A DNA stretch of 64,000 nucleotides, taken from IMG/VR virus record IMGVR_UViG_3300019124_000038, positions 1 through 64,000 of that record. One strand, given 5' to 3'. This document shows, piece by piece, positions 34,801 through 44,500 of this stretch. Each line of letters starts with the position of its first letter. Within the stretch, counting starts at the first letter, position 1. The position numbers and the translations under genes are program-made. The DNA is from a virus. Below the pieces are notes generated by a model. It was given only the letters and a program-made list of their open reading frames with translations. It had not been told where the DNA came from and searched no databases.

Positions 34801-37037
34801 TGCTTGAATCCCTTCAAGACAAGATCGAAAAGGGGGAAAGTGGCGACGGTCAGTACTACCGAATGCTCGACGATCTCCAACGCATGAACAGCGAGTATTT
34901 CAACAGAGAAAAAGCTGTGGATGCTCGGAAGTTCGCTTTCGATAAGTTTGGCTTTGATTACGAGGGCTACGCACGAGTCAAGCTAATCAAGCAGAAGGAA
35001 GACCTTGAACTCCTCTTCAACCAATGGGTGCAAATCAGTGATGTTCTTGCAACCATGAAGAGAGGGTCTAATGACTGGTTCGCTGTTCTTGAAGACGCAG
35101 TCGCTATCCAAGAGAAGTATGTCGAACTAGAGAACAAGAAAACTGAACTGTCGAAACGCTGGTTCGAACTGACGGGACAAGATATGCCAGCTTATGTCAA
35201 CTCTCGCGCTTATCAGCAATCCCGTGACTATGTACAGGACAGAAAGAACCTCGGAACCGCTATCAGTGAATACCGCGATAAGGGTCAAACAATGGATGCT
35301 AATGAGCAACTGGTTACGCTCCAGATCATCTCGGAAACTGCTGATAAGCTGGCGCAACAAATGAACGATTACCGCACGGCTGTCGTCGGTGCGTTCAAAG
35401 CTGGTGCGATCAGCATGGACGAGTATATCCAACGCCTGTACGATCTCAGAGATGTTCAGCGGGAAAACAGAGAGCAAGCTGTTCAGATGATGGATAGCAT
35501 CTCTGGAACCTTTGAGCAATCTCTGGCTAGTGCTCTGCAAAGCGGAATGCAAGGCAACTTCGATGCCCCGTTAGAGTTCATGCAGAATGTAAAGAATGGT
35601 CTGGCATCTGCTGTTTCAAGCCAAATGTCAAATCTGATTCTGAACAACTCTGGTCTGAAAACCGTAATGGATGGACTGATGAAGTCCATGACCGAAGCAA
35701 TGACTACAGGTGATGTGAACAAGAGTCTGAATGCTTTCAATCTGAATGACTTCAAGGGTCAGATTGACAGCGCACTTGCTCCATTCCTGCCGCTCATTCA
35801 GCAAATCTCCGCTAGTACCGATGGTATTTTCGGCATCATGAAAGACCAAGTGTTCAACGCACCAACGGGCTTCAAGATCGACGATTACCTCTATAGGTAC
35901 ACTAAGGACAAGACCTATACCGATCTTGCTCCTTGGTTGGATGGCACTATCCGAAACGAAGCTGGCTCTCCAATTGGGCAAACACCATCTGGAACAATTA
36001 ATGTTCCCACTCTTCCTGCCCCAAAAGGCGTTCCAAATGTTATCACGAACCCCATTGATCCACTTCGCGGCGGAGCGTTGGTCGAAACAAAAGTTAGAAA
36101 CCCTGTAAAGGAAATCATTCAAAACATCCTGAAAGATCAATCTGTTTGGGATGCTAAGACTGGTCTGTCTGATGCGGGGAATGTGCAAGCCCACACTAAC
36201 GCAAACGCAAACCGCAAACTTTTAGAACAAATCGCACCAGATATCGCAAGGGCAGTTGGGGATGGAAGCACTGGTTTAGGCGGTTCGGCTCTGCAAGACT
36301 ACTTGAAGAATACTGACCTGTCAATGTTTGATATGGTAGAAAAAACGGATGGTGTCAACAGCTCTATCGTTGGGATGAACTCTGATCTGAAAACGAAGCT
36401 GGATACTCTGAACGCAACTACGGCGCAAGTCGTATCTGCTATTGCAAGTATGCGGTCATCTGGCGGCTCAAGTTCATCTGGCGGCTCATCTTACTCATCG
36501 AATTACGGCTCTGTATCGTCTAACGATGCTAAACTCGCGCAAATGAAAGCAAACTCAGCGGCTTGGGCTAACGCTACAAGCGACGCAGAGCGGCAGAAAC
36601 TTGCTGATGCTAACCTTTCGCTCGGCGCGTCATTGGGCTATACCCGTGGTGATGATGGTGTGTGGCGCGACAAGAGCGGTAAGCGGGTTTACCATACAGG
36701 CGGTATCGCTGGTGTCGGAAACTTCGCTAAGGCTAGTGGTCTGATGCCGAGTGAGCTTAATGCGCTCTTGCAAAAGCATGAATATATCTTCCAGCCAGCT
36801 CAGGTAAGCGATCTGATCGGTGGTGCGGTGGCTCGATACGCGGACAGTGGATACAGCACTGGTATCGGCGGAGGGTTCGCAACACAAAGTGAAGGGGTTA
36901 ACATCTATGTCACCGTCGAGGGTGGCGGCGATACCTCAATCGAAGCGGCTGTAAAAAATGCTGTACGCCTTGCATTTGTGGAGTACGACAAGTCTAAGCG
37001 ACAAATGGCTCTCCAAACTAGGGGTGTCACCTACTAA
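28803..37037 (+). CDS. tape measure protein with glucosaminidase (GH73/FlgJ-like) domain
   Basis: 2744 aa, helical; QWGLESGWG..NNFAGIK..GYAEDPNYASKL; C-terminal YHTGG motif. Confidence 0.9.
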   Translation: MANDFKYIINTELKLNTASVKALIEEVKAVDGELKRALSGNKAPKVNVTAKLKLEENAAQSLAQQIGTVTAKVHLRLEEASLRQIVNDVRNSLQNIGVNLNVGTNAGQATAPVASTGRRSLRDVRAAQANGQPLSVQDEERLLRIQERRLRIKQREIAIDRELNGTPTQSQRFKIEQRQLRDAELAQRRQEREAERVESRRLREVMQARLRTENQDNWKLTRQWGEAKTFRIKQLNTPTGTVSQLPINHPVRTLDREVKAAYNARVKQYEEMFKELDRVLAESPTSKTALNRQVKYISPQYLRQIRERQMQEEQYANDWRNAEQLRSQQDRTPLGATRRLPASHPVMLAIKERRAAQDMQTKLLDLNIPLAQKTALMRDYDKTFSDIAKQAGMSFTKSFKIQHLNSDGTISELRTVTKEYRANGEVIDRSQRSMNHMFRTMGQNIVMYNMIAGGIRNMTQALMQGIVYMAEYEQQYVRLSTLVQTRNMDIERQDQAGTNQAGAVAIEQSTLKGDVNSLARRYGLNPTMDVMPLYGELVKRKDIAPDRATATKVAEMIIQAGFVAKNGNPDGGDLLKISADAMTIYAKMAPQWKKQGLDPSTEFSKFNDFLASLNDRGAKIDVTYDAIQGLGEYAGPGKLSLNRLGAIVARSSALMNDATGSELENRLKMYFANILDPDSPTAKMARDSIGISLVTNGRKTNLGQALDQVADRINGTNGQEKATDKEIEMWARNLASASGSGGGRMLAQMISMLKATADAPRAEAEASVDSEGAAARITTRYMETLKGSFRELISELNILMQELGESGLLGFFKALTDAATMLVGALNTVLGTWNSIGSATRQFMGINITQLIGTLAGVAGAIKLISFALNKTSIGASITAFGANLINGVRNRGQLPATNRGGYIGNTAGNFVGNLLGERIANRMAVREASTAAGAGIAGWLGRARAGTANAWRTGVAGASSAGVMDIIVGGLGGLGKAAWNLMGIFGRLTLVTGAVITAWQLGSYLMKRQNEIQKNNIQEFASQFTSAESEAEFRKKLDEFLVLDKKVFSVDPNNQPTEEERRRFGELTDEMRKSGISFEGPHMYSYTTQDGNKVNFRSGDQSAYDRLVEDGRKAGRIRSEEDRPFERSVQAYMNMGAVMDGLRRLGEVVQDADRYAKIASSGNDFRFMGATNSSAYYSAQMGVHTNALQQLSGGYSALQNDKRMIDSTLMNLDSDLAAIQGKTNPKFVEEINAKFTEMKNAGQEAQFLDSYQDYETEEGRAKAAYALAKYNKEMAAKATQGIQEEIDKTNQSIIDHVTKLKDMHSQYVQASAGVQLFEQALKGVRTNITAAQNLMNAIQNPERRVKQGATVFGMMIQEVGLLDQELGSIQAKMAELQSTGQDFSINALYNPNSEGLSAEQAAYKGLLEKRQEVESTLQSSVAAQREMQEQMVQLVMSTDRYKDMWDSVQSRLEMIRGMAKEIRDLQNQEIVNASMNGIRSRLLGQTFDANGEAKSQYEQLRDAHLSNVEKLQKARLESGQDAEKLKQAIDEINSNTRDQMKSAIIDPMKNLIRNDLSDAIKRQQDASEELKKGAEFFDQSAQELLTKLQSVKITVSSDGKTVSFRDGTSTASSMTTDSNNSYWDNANWDDPEVQKRYKRQLNKEESDKKALDLSFGGGQKDFVEKMAPYASMASQKTGLPMDYILTQWGLESGWGTSAAVQQNNNFAGIKPWGNYRGSAANPTYAAYSTVGDFANGYADFYLQNSRYNGLISAAKSGAGTSQLFNILGGTGYAEDPNYASKLSSTASYVRQYIPSSYGVANPSATAITQDNGGLVVNATGLTNEANSAEEAARRDQEYKRKAQMYEMQELFASFRAQAMALANNSVEYGVNNQIRDAKVRYSITGAKSELTLGTFDAYNSGREEIARRKAENAEYLKVLENEKKYRESVSAGYYADAMSTGDYSLYHANSEGIKMFGEMIETLKKNNEQLDALNKTYSERAYFDPRYNSGEANKEIKSLLESLQDKIEKGESGDGQYYRMLDDLQRMNSEYFNREKAVDARKFAFDKFGFDYEGYARVKLIKQKEDLELLFNQWVQISDVLATMKRGSNDWFAVLEDAVAIQEKYVELENKKTELSKRWFELTGQDMPAYVNSRAYQQSRDYVQDRKNLGTAISEYRDKGQTMDANEQLVTLQIISETADKLAQQMNDYRTAVVGAFKAGAISMDEYIQRLYDLRDVQRENREQAVQMMDSISGTFEQSLASALQSGMQGNFDAPLEFMQNVKNGLASAVSSQMSNLILNNSGLKTVMDGLMKSMTEAMTTGDVNKSLNAFNLNDFKGQIDSALAPFLPLIQQISASTDGIFGIMKDQVFNAPTGFKIDDYLYRYTKDKTYTDLAPWLDGTIRNEAGSPIGQTPSGTINVPTLPAPKGVPNVITNPIDPLRGGALVETKVRNPVKEIIQNILKDQSVWDAKTGLSDAGNVQAHTNANANRKLLEQIAPDIARAVGDGSTGLGGSALQDYLKNTDLSMFDMVEKTDGVNSSIVGMNSDLKTKLDTLNATTAQVVSAIASMRSSGGSSSSGGSSYSSNYGSVSSNDAKLAQMKANSAAWANATSDAERQKLADANLSLGASLGYTRGDDGVWRDKSGKRVYHTGGIAGVGNFAKASGLMPSELNALLQKHEYIFQPAQVSDLIGGAVARYADSGYSTGIGGGFATQSEGVNIYVTVEGGGDTSIEAAVKNAVRLAFVEYDKSKRQMALQTRGVTY

Positions 37038-37053
37038 GGAAGGAGTGTAGTGC

Positions 37054-38046
37054 ATGAACCAGAGATGGCAATATGGCAACTACACTTTCAGACTTAACCC
37101 AAGTGGCAACAACTCGAAATTTGATGTTGTGGGAGATGATGTTCGCACTCTAACGGGTGCGGTCATCTCCCAACCCACGGGGGTTACTGAAAGCATGTCG
37201 GTAGAAGCTGTTTTCTACCAGCCACGAACAAGAATCTATAATGAAAGAAGTCTGCCTTTTACAAATTTCATTGCATGTGACGGTATTGAGTGTAGGAGCA
37301 TGAATGTAGATACAATGACAATTACCGTATACTCAGATGATTTTACAACGACTGCATCTACGATTCAGATTGCGGGTGTTCTCGGTGTCCCAACAGGCTT
37401 TGCAGTCTCAGACGGATACTACTTTGTATCTTCTCGAACATCCACAGATGAGAAAGTTTACCGATTTTACGGCAACTCACTGTCTGAAACATATACGATC
37501 AGTCGCCCAACTGGAACGTCTACGAGCAGGGGCGTTGCTATTATTGGAAACTACATCTACCTTCTGTGGGATAACAACACGATTAGCGCATATGACAGCA
37601 CTCGTCTTGGAGCCTATGTAAAGACTATCAACTTACCGCACGTCGCAGGGTTCACAAGCATTGATTCGGACGGGGAGTTCTTGCTGGTGGGCAACTACGA
37701 CTATGACAACAATGTGATTTCTCATATCGACCCATCTTCTGGTATGATCGTAAATTCGATCACAACAGACGGCATTAATGAAGTTGACGATGTGAGCCAC
37801 AATGGGAATCTTTACTTTGTGCTCAATCGAGAGAAAGGCACAATCCAATCTATAAGGGGTAACACAGTGAACCTTGATCTGTTCAAGTTCCATCGTGAAA
37901 CAGCGAAAGGATATGTAAGGCTTACAGATGATCGTGGTGTTTCATCAATGGTAGGCGTGACTTCTGTGAGTGCAACCAGACGATCTAACTACGAAGTAGC
38001 ATATGATGTGTCGATTTCATTTCAGCGAGTGAATAGAGGTGTATAA
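37054..38046 (+). CDS. distal tail/baseplate protein with beta-propeller-like insert
   Basis: follows tape measure gene; F.LNP N-terminus. Confidence 0.6.
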   Translation: MNQRWQYGNYTFRLNPSGNNSKFDVVGDDVRTLTGAVISQPTGVTESMSVEAVFYQPRTRIYNERSLPFTNFIACDGIECRSMNVDTMTITVYSDDFTTTASTIQIAGVLGVPTGFAVSDGYYFVSSRTSTDEKVYRFYGNSLSETYTISRPTGTSTSRGVAIIGNYIYLLWDNNTISAYDSTRLGAYVKTINLPHVAGFTSIDSDGEFLLVGNYDYDNNVISHIDPSSGMIVNSITTDGINEVDDVSHNGNLYFVLNREKGTIQSIRGNTVNLDLFKFHRETAKGYVRLTDDRGVSSMVGVTSVSATRRSNYEVAYDVSISFQRVNRGV

Positions 38047-38048
38047 GG

Positions 38049-39437
38049 ATGAGACGAAGATGGTGGCTAGGCGGGCATGAAGTTGAAATTAACCCATCTC
38101 AATTAGGCTACGATAAAAAGGCAACTGCACAGCCAATTGTTACAGCTAATGGAGTAGTGTCTAACCCAAATAGATTCTATGACAGGCAATTAAATTTTCA
38201 ACTGAATATCCTTGACCAACCTACAAGGATTGAGCGACCAACTATGGCAAAATTCCCTTCTGGCAAATACACGGCGATCACAGAAGACGCTTTCTTCTCG
38301 CAATACTATCTGCTGAACACAATCGGAAATTCGATTGACGTTTACAGCAGGAGCGGGGCTGTCATTAAGGCATTCGGCATCAAACAAGCGAATGTGGCTT
38401 TTGGCAAGGCGGTCTTCACAACGACAGGCAACAATGGTGGCTCGATCACTGACGGAAACACTGACACCTACTGGGATATGTTGGGAAACAATGGAGGAGA
38501 TGCTGTTGTTGACTTAGGTTCTCTGGTCACGATCAATTCAATCTCTTTTACGACAAAGATGTATACAGCCGATATTCAGGTAGACATATCTTCTGATGGA
38601 ACAAACTATTCAACAGCATTCTCTCTAACTTCTTTTTCGGGAGGAGAAAAGGAGCAAACAATTTCCCCAAGTGCCACACGATATATCCGTCTTAGGGTTT
38701 CGAATCTTACAGGGAATGGCGGAGACTCGATGTTCGTATCCGAGTTGTCAGCAAAGTTCATTCCTGTCGGAAATGCAAGCGGTGTTGCGTATATGAATGG
38801 TGAAGTTGCATGGTTCTATCCAAACCAAGGCGGAGGGGCGGCAGTAGTAATCACTGACGAAAATGGATTCGAAAATCGTAAATATTACTATGCAAACGAT
38901 GCAAACCTCAAAGATGTGAACCATATTACTTACTCGTCAAATGACAACTCACTATACTGTATGAACAAGTACGGGAAGATCATAGCAATTAGCTTGACAG
39001 ACGGATCGGCGATAGTAAAGAAGCAATTTACTGACTACGACACTAACGCTAATGGCTCGATGGCAATTTACAGAAGTGTCCATCTATACGGAGACTTTAT
39101 TGGAGTTGTTAAGAACAGTACAGTTGAATATTACACGCTATCAGGATATTCGATCTTTCACCGCATCGAATTGCCAACAAATATTGTAGCTCTGACAACC
39201 GATGGAATGACAAGAACATTCCACATGATTAGCAATACAAAACTCCAATCCTTAAACATGAATCTGTCCATCATTGAGTTAGAACAGGTCAAATCTGTAC
39301 TTGGAACAGGGTTCTTCACGCTTACTGACGATAGCAATATCCCAAAGCGTGTCGCGCTAACTGATATGAGTGTCAGACGGGTTCGTGAGATGTCGGAGCT
39401 TCGGTACGAGGTTAGTGTGAACGGAATTGAGCAGTAA
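38049..39437 (+). CDS. tail protein with discoidin (F5/8)-like domain
   Basis: TDGNTDTYW, VVDLG, SSDGTNY, RYIRL; architecture parallels the preceding gene. Confidence 0.65.
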   Translation: MRRRWWLGGHEVEINPSQLGYDKKATAQPIVTANGVVSNPNRFYDRQLNFQLNILDQPTRIERPTMAKFPSGKYTAITEDAFFSQYYLLNTIGNSIDVYSRSGAVIKAFGIKQANVAFGKAVFTTTGNNGGSITDGNTDTYWDMLGNNGGDAVVDLGSLVTINSISFTTKMYTADIQVDISSDGTNYSTAFSLTSFSGGEKEQTISPSATRYIRLRVSNLTGNGGDSMFVSELSAKFIPVGNASGVAYMNGEVAWFYPNQGGGAAVVITDENGFENRKYYYANDANLKDVNHITYSSNDNSLYCMNKYGKIIAISLTDGSAIVKKQFTDYDTNANGSMAIYRSVHLYGDFIGVVKNSTVEYYTLSGYSIFHRIELPTNIVALTTDGMTRTFHMISNTKLQSLNMNLSIIELEQVKSVLGTGFFTLTDDSNIPKRVALTDMSVRRVREMSELRYEVSVNGIEQ

Positions 39438-39443
39438 GGAGGG

Positions 39444-41504
39444 GTGGGAATGATCGCAGTAACTCAAACTTATCAACAAGCGTTTGACTCAGACACCCGA
39501 ATGTGGCGGCTGAAAGTCGAGATTCAACGGAATGACAATCCGAATGACATATGGGTAGATATCTCAGATCGTGTTCTCCAGTGCTCGATCAGCCACGACT
39601 ATGAGCGTCGCAATAGCACGGCAAACATCGAGCTGGATAATTTCGACGCTTCTCTTTCTCCTTTCAATAGAAACAGCTCTACCAATTTCGTTGGTGGTGT
39701 CTACAATCCATTATTAGACGCTATGCACAAAATCCGCGTCTCCTATGGACTACTGACGACGGCTGGCTATGAGTACATTGTCAAATTCACGGGCTTGCTC
39801 GGCGACGACATTGATACAGAGTCATATCCTAGTCAAATCTCACTCGCTTGTCGTGACTTGTCAAAATACCTACAGGACACCTACATCTTCCAAAGCAAGA
39901 CATACAAAACAACGGTTGTTGAGAATGTTATGCAGGACATGATTAGCCAGTTCGTTCCCGAGCTAGGTCTTACAGTTCAAATTCAGAATGACACCAAATT
40001 CATGATCGGCAGACCAGATCAACCGTACACAGCGAAAGATATCAACCTTTGGGATGCCCTGCAACAACTTGCAGATGCGGCAAGCCATGAGCTTCGATTC
40101 CTTGAAGACGGGAGACTTATTCTGCGGAAAATTGTCAGAGACTTTACTGGAATTACTCCAGTTGCAATATTTGATGAAAGCCAACTTGTAAAAGACACGC
40201 TAAACATCAGTGACGCAGATATTCGGAACCACATCGTTCTAAAGGTACAAGGTCTCAATCCGATTGAAAAGGTTGACGCTCATTCTGTAGCTCAATATGG
40301 AAGACGATACATGGAAGTCCATCGTTCTATGGCAAACATCATCACAACTGCTGAACAAGGTCATCAACTTGTGCAAGATATGCTGTATGATCTGAGCCAT
40401 GTCGCACCAAACGACAATCTTGAACTTGCCCTTTACCCTCAAATCCAAGTTGGCGACTTCGTTGCTGTTCGGAATACACAAACTGGCACTGATCCTACTT
40501 ATGACATCTTCCGAGTGATTCGTGTTCAGGATAGGTACACAGCAAATAGCAAGCGAACAACTCTTCAACTAAAAGGCAAAACGAGCTTCATCCCAGAAGA
40601 ATCCATTGCCCCAAGACCCCCAACAAACCTGAGAGCATCCTTAATTTCCAGACAGGTATTCAATTACCCAAACTCTGGATGGGCAGGAGACTCCAAGACA
40701 ACATACTATCCGCAGATTCAGTGGGATGCACCCACGGCAAACATTAGCGGAACGGGTATCGGAGTTGACTTTGGCGGCTACACGATCTATCGTAAAGACG
40801 ATCTTCACGCAGGGATGGTGAATGTAGGCTCAGTAAGATGGGCACAGGTTAGCGGGAACCAAAACAAGTGGTGGCAATATCCAGCATCGGTCACCACAGA
40901 GTCTAGCTTGCAAGGTGACTATATAATCACGACATCTGGTCAAAGCATGACCATCAAGATGCTCAACCCATTAAAGCCTAACGATAACTGGTCTGTAGTT
41001 GTTAACACTCAATTCTCTGGCGGCGCGTATCGTCCAAAAGTTGATGTTTTCCGCTCGGGAAACTCGGTCAAAACAACTGGCGCAATGCCATTGACTTTAG
41101 GTACAGCAGTCCCAGTCCGTGTGGATATCATCAGCGGCAATGTCAATGTGTATACGGGAAATGTCTACACTACGCCATTTTGCACGATGGCAATTCCAAG
41201 CGGAGTCAGCCTAAGATTCGATTCTATCCGTGGGTTTGTTTCTCAGGACTACGCCTATGTTCAGAATTTGAAGTACAAGGGCAATGACTGGTATCCAGTG
41301 GCTACGATTGCTTCCTACATTCCGTCAATGAATTTGAAGGTGCAACATTTCTACGACTATACAGTTTCAGGCGGAGCGCAGTACGAGTACAAGATGACGG
41401 CTGTAGATAAGCTAGGTGCGGTTTCTACAAGCTCTCAGATTTTATCAATTGCAGTACAGCCAACAACTTATGCTACTTTGCCAAGCCAAGGTAGTGGTGG
41501 TTAA
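39444..41504 (+). CDS. baseplate hub/tail tip protein with FN3-like region
   Basis: FTG...L.CRD.SK.L, SVAQYGRR, PPTNL, YEYKMTAVD. Confidence 0.7.
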   Translation: MGMIAVTQTYQQAFDSDTRMWRLKVEIQRNDNPNDIWVDISDRVLQCSISHDYERRNSTANIELDNFDASLSPFNRNSSTNFVGGVYNPLLDAMHKIRVSYGLLTTAGYEYIVKFTGLLGDDIDTESYPSQISLACRDLSKYLQDTYIFQSKTYKTTVVENVMQDMISQFVPELGLTVQIQNDTKFMIGRPDQPYTAKDINLWDALQQLADAASHELRFLEDGRLILRKIVRDFTGITPVAIFDESQLVKDTLNISDADIRNHIVLKVQGLNPIEKVDAHSVAQYGRRYMEVHRSMANIITTAEQGHQLVQDMLYDLSHVAPNDNLELALYPQIQVGDFVAVRNTQTGTDPTYDIFRVIRVQDRYTANSKRTTLQLKGKTSFIPEESIAPRPPTNLRASLISRQVFNYPNSGWAGDSKTTYYPQIQWDAPTANISGTGIGVDFGGYTIYRKDDLHAGMVNVGSVRWAQVSGNQNKWWQYPASVTTESSLQGDYIITTSGQSMTIKMLNPLKPNDNWSVVVNTQFSGGAYRPKVDVFRSGNSVKTTGAMPLTLGTAVPVRVDIISGNVNVYTGNVYTTPFCTMAIPSGVSLRFDSIRGFVSQDYAYVQNLKYKGNDWYPVATIASYIPSMNLKVQHFYDYTVSGGAQYEYKMTAVDKLGAVSTSSQILSIAVQPTTYATLPSQGSGG

Positions 41505-41554
41505 GTTACTACGCCAGTCAAAGGCGGGGGCGTTTAAAAGGAAGGAGAATCACT

Positions 41555-44500
41555 ATGACTAATTCAAGGTTTCTGATGTACGAGAGTACCAATGATCGGT
41601 TCACAAAGACGATGACTGACTACGGGCAAATCGTGCAGATCATTTCTGAGCAATACATTAATGTTAATATTCAAGGTGCTCGGGATGCGAACGGAGAAAT
41701 GGTCATTCTCGAACAAGTTGCCGTTGCTGGTGACTATGTTCCTAAGCTCGGAGACTGGGTAGGAATCGAGTGGAGAAATGGTCAGCCTGTAGCTATTGGA
41801 ACTAACAACACGGCGGCGGGAATCAACGATATCAACAACAATGTCAAAATCATTTCTCCGCAGGACATGACCAACAATGTCGTGAAGTCAAACCACATCC
41901 AAGCTGAATCAATTCTTGCACGTCATATTAAAGCGGGCGAGATTCAGGCAGATCACATCTCAGCCAACTCGATTGACGCTACAAAGATCAAGGCAGGGGA
42001 AATCACTTCCGTCCATATTTCAGCGAACTCAATTGATACAATGCACATCAAGGCGGACGCGGTAACTGCAACACAAATTTCTGCCAATTCTGTTGTTGCA
42101 GAAAAGATTGCGTCTGGAGCCATCACCACCGAAAAGATCGCGGCGGGAGCGATTACAGCAGTTCAAATCTCCGCAAACGCAATTGATGCAACTAGAATGA
42201 AGGTTGGAACGATTACTGCCGCTTCTGGTATCCTTGCCAGTGCTTCTGTTGGAACAGCCAACATCATCGACGGTTCAATCACGAACGCGAAGATTGGGAA
42301 CGCAGAAATCACAGGAGCTAAGATTGCAAATGCAACAATTGACACAGCACAAATCAAGGACGCGGCAATTACAAATGCCAAAATCCAAGATGTGAGTGCT
42401 GGAAAGATCACTACGGGATACCTTGACACGGCTCGTATCCAAGCTGGTTCGATTACTGGCGACTTGATCTCTGCCAACACAATTACTGGTGACAAAATTG
42501 CGGCTCGTACAATTGAGAGTGGACAGATCAAAGCTGGAGCGATTACTACTACCGAACTTGCGGCTGGTAGCGTCACCGCTGAGAAAATCAAAGCTGGCAC
42601 TATCACTGGTGAGCAGATTCATGCTGGCTCTATTTCTACCGAGCATATCTCTACGGTCGGCCTTGATGCTCGAAGCATTAAGATTTATAACGGAGATAGC
42701 GGTGAGACCCTGCTTGGTTCTGGCTACATTCGTGTGGACGGGTTCGATGTTGGGGTAGTTCAGTCAGATAACCTTGTTTCGAACGGTCTGTTTCTCATTA
42801 ATTCGAAAGATTGGGGTCTTCGACGCAAGAACATTGAGGGAGAACCTATCCTTGGACTTGGAAACTCCGCATCTGGCGGTAATACCATTTGGGCTTATGA
42901 CCTTCTTACAACCCCGCCAACACTCGTTACCGATTCTCTTCTAGCAGGGAAAAAACCAGCTTGCATTCTGATCTCGCAAGACGGGACAACTGCATATGTG
43001 TCGAATCAAGGCGACGGAACAGTATCGAAATTGAACCTCATGTCTGGCGCAGAGGTTGCTACGCTGTCAACGGGTAAAGAGCCTACAGTTATGAAGTTTA
43101 CCTCTGATGGAAGGTACATCCTTGTCTTAAACTCAGACTTGAATTCACAATCTTCACCAGACACAGTGGCGGTCATTGATACGATCACATTCACTGTCGT
43201 AAAAGAATTGATTGTAGGTTCAACTCCATTCGATATCGTTGTGAGCGGCAATACTGCATACATCTCAACAGGTATCGACGGCGATATCTACATCCTCGAA
43301 ACTGATGAGATGAAGGTTGTTGGAGCAATCCCGACTGGCAAACTTGCCTACCCAACAGGGATGGAGCTTTCAACTGACGGAGTATTCGTCTATGTGTCAC
43401 ACTCCCTTCTCGACGAAGTTGGGAAGTATGATATTAACTCTGGGGAACTCGTGACTACCGTGCCAGTAGGAGATACACCTAGCTTTATTGAGCGGCACAA
43501 TGGCAAGCTGTATGTAGCCGCATCTGGTAGCAATAAGGTCGCAGTCATTGATGAAGTGACATTCACGGTTGAAGCGTCAATTGATGCTGGCGTTAAACCA
43601 GTTGGTCTTGCTGTTAATCCGTATGCTGGTACTGCGGGTTATCTGTTTGTGGCATCTAGTGGTATCAACAAGGTACTTATCGTTGACATGGCTATCAACG
43701 CAGTTATTGGGTATCTTGATGCTGGAGCGAATGTACTGAATTTAGCGTTCAGTCCAGACTATCGCTACCTGTATATGACGAACAACGGCGACTCTAGCTT
43801 TATTTCCTTCACTTATCCCGAGGGAGATTTCATCGGTGATGCATATGTTAGTGCAGACGGTACGACAAAATACTATGGTGCGGACTACTGGATGCCAAAC
43901 CGTAGTGATCGAGTAATCGACGGTAGTGGTAATATCATTGGCGCGGCTTCTGTAGAGTTCCATATCGGTGAGCCGAAGAACAATGAGGGCGGATATGCCA
44001 AACTGCTCGTAGCTGGCGGCGTTAACCAGTATGCATACATTGAGCAGGACATCTTTGGTGTAACGAACTTTTCTGACGGCGTTTCGCCTACAGGAACTTG
44101 GTTCAAATATCATAACATTTCTGCTCAGATGATGGCGCAACAGCCAGTAGCCCCCAACATTGTCACTAAGCTGGAAGTAGATGAGCTTGTTCCGAAATTC
44201 ATCGTTGTAGAAGACACACAGACCGTTCCATTTACTCCGCTTGCGGATGGCGTGAATCAGGAGTACGAGGGTCTTGTGCTCAGTGCTATGACGAATCGTG
44301 CCCTCAATCTGCCAACAACTAGTATCACTTCATCTGACCCTGCGGCGACTGGTTTTGAAAAGCTAGTTGATGGAAGCCACTTCGACTATGAAAGTAATGT
44401 GTCTCTTGCAAGCGGAAATCAGTGGGTACAGCTTGATCTTGGTGATTTATACATGGTAAACACTGTCAAGATGTGGAGATACTACGGAGATGGTAGAACA

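Noticed and set aside
41880-42660. DNA repeat array or diversity-generating element
   Set aside because: Repetition is at protein level (10-aa beta-helix) with diverged codons; no reverse transcriptase or TR/VR pair seen
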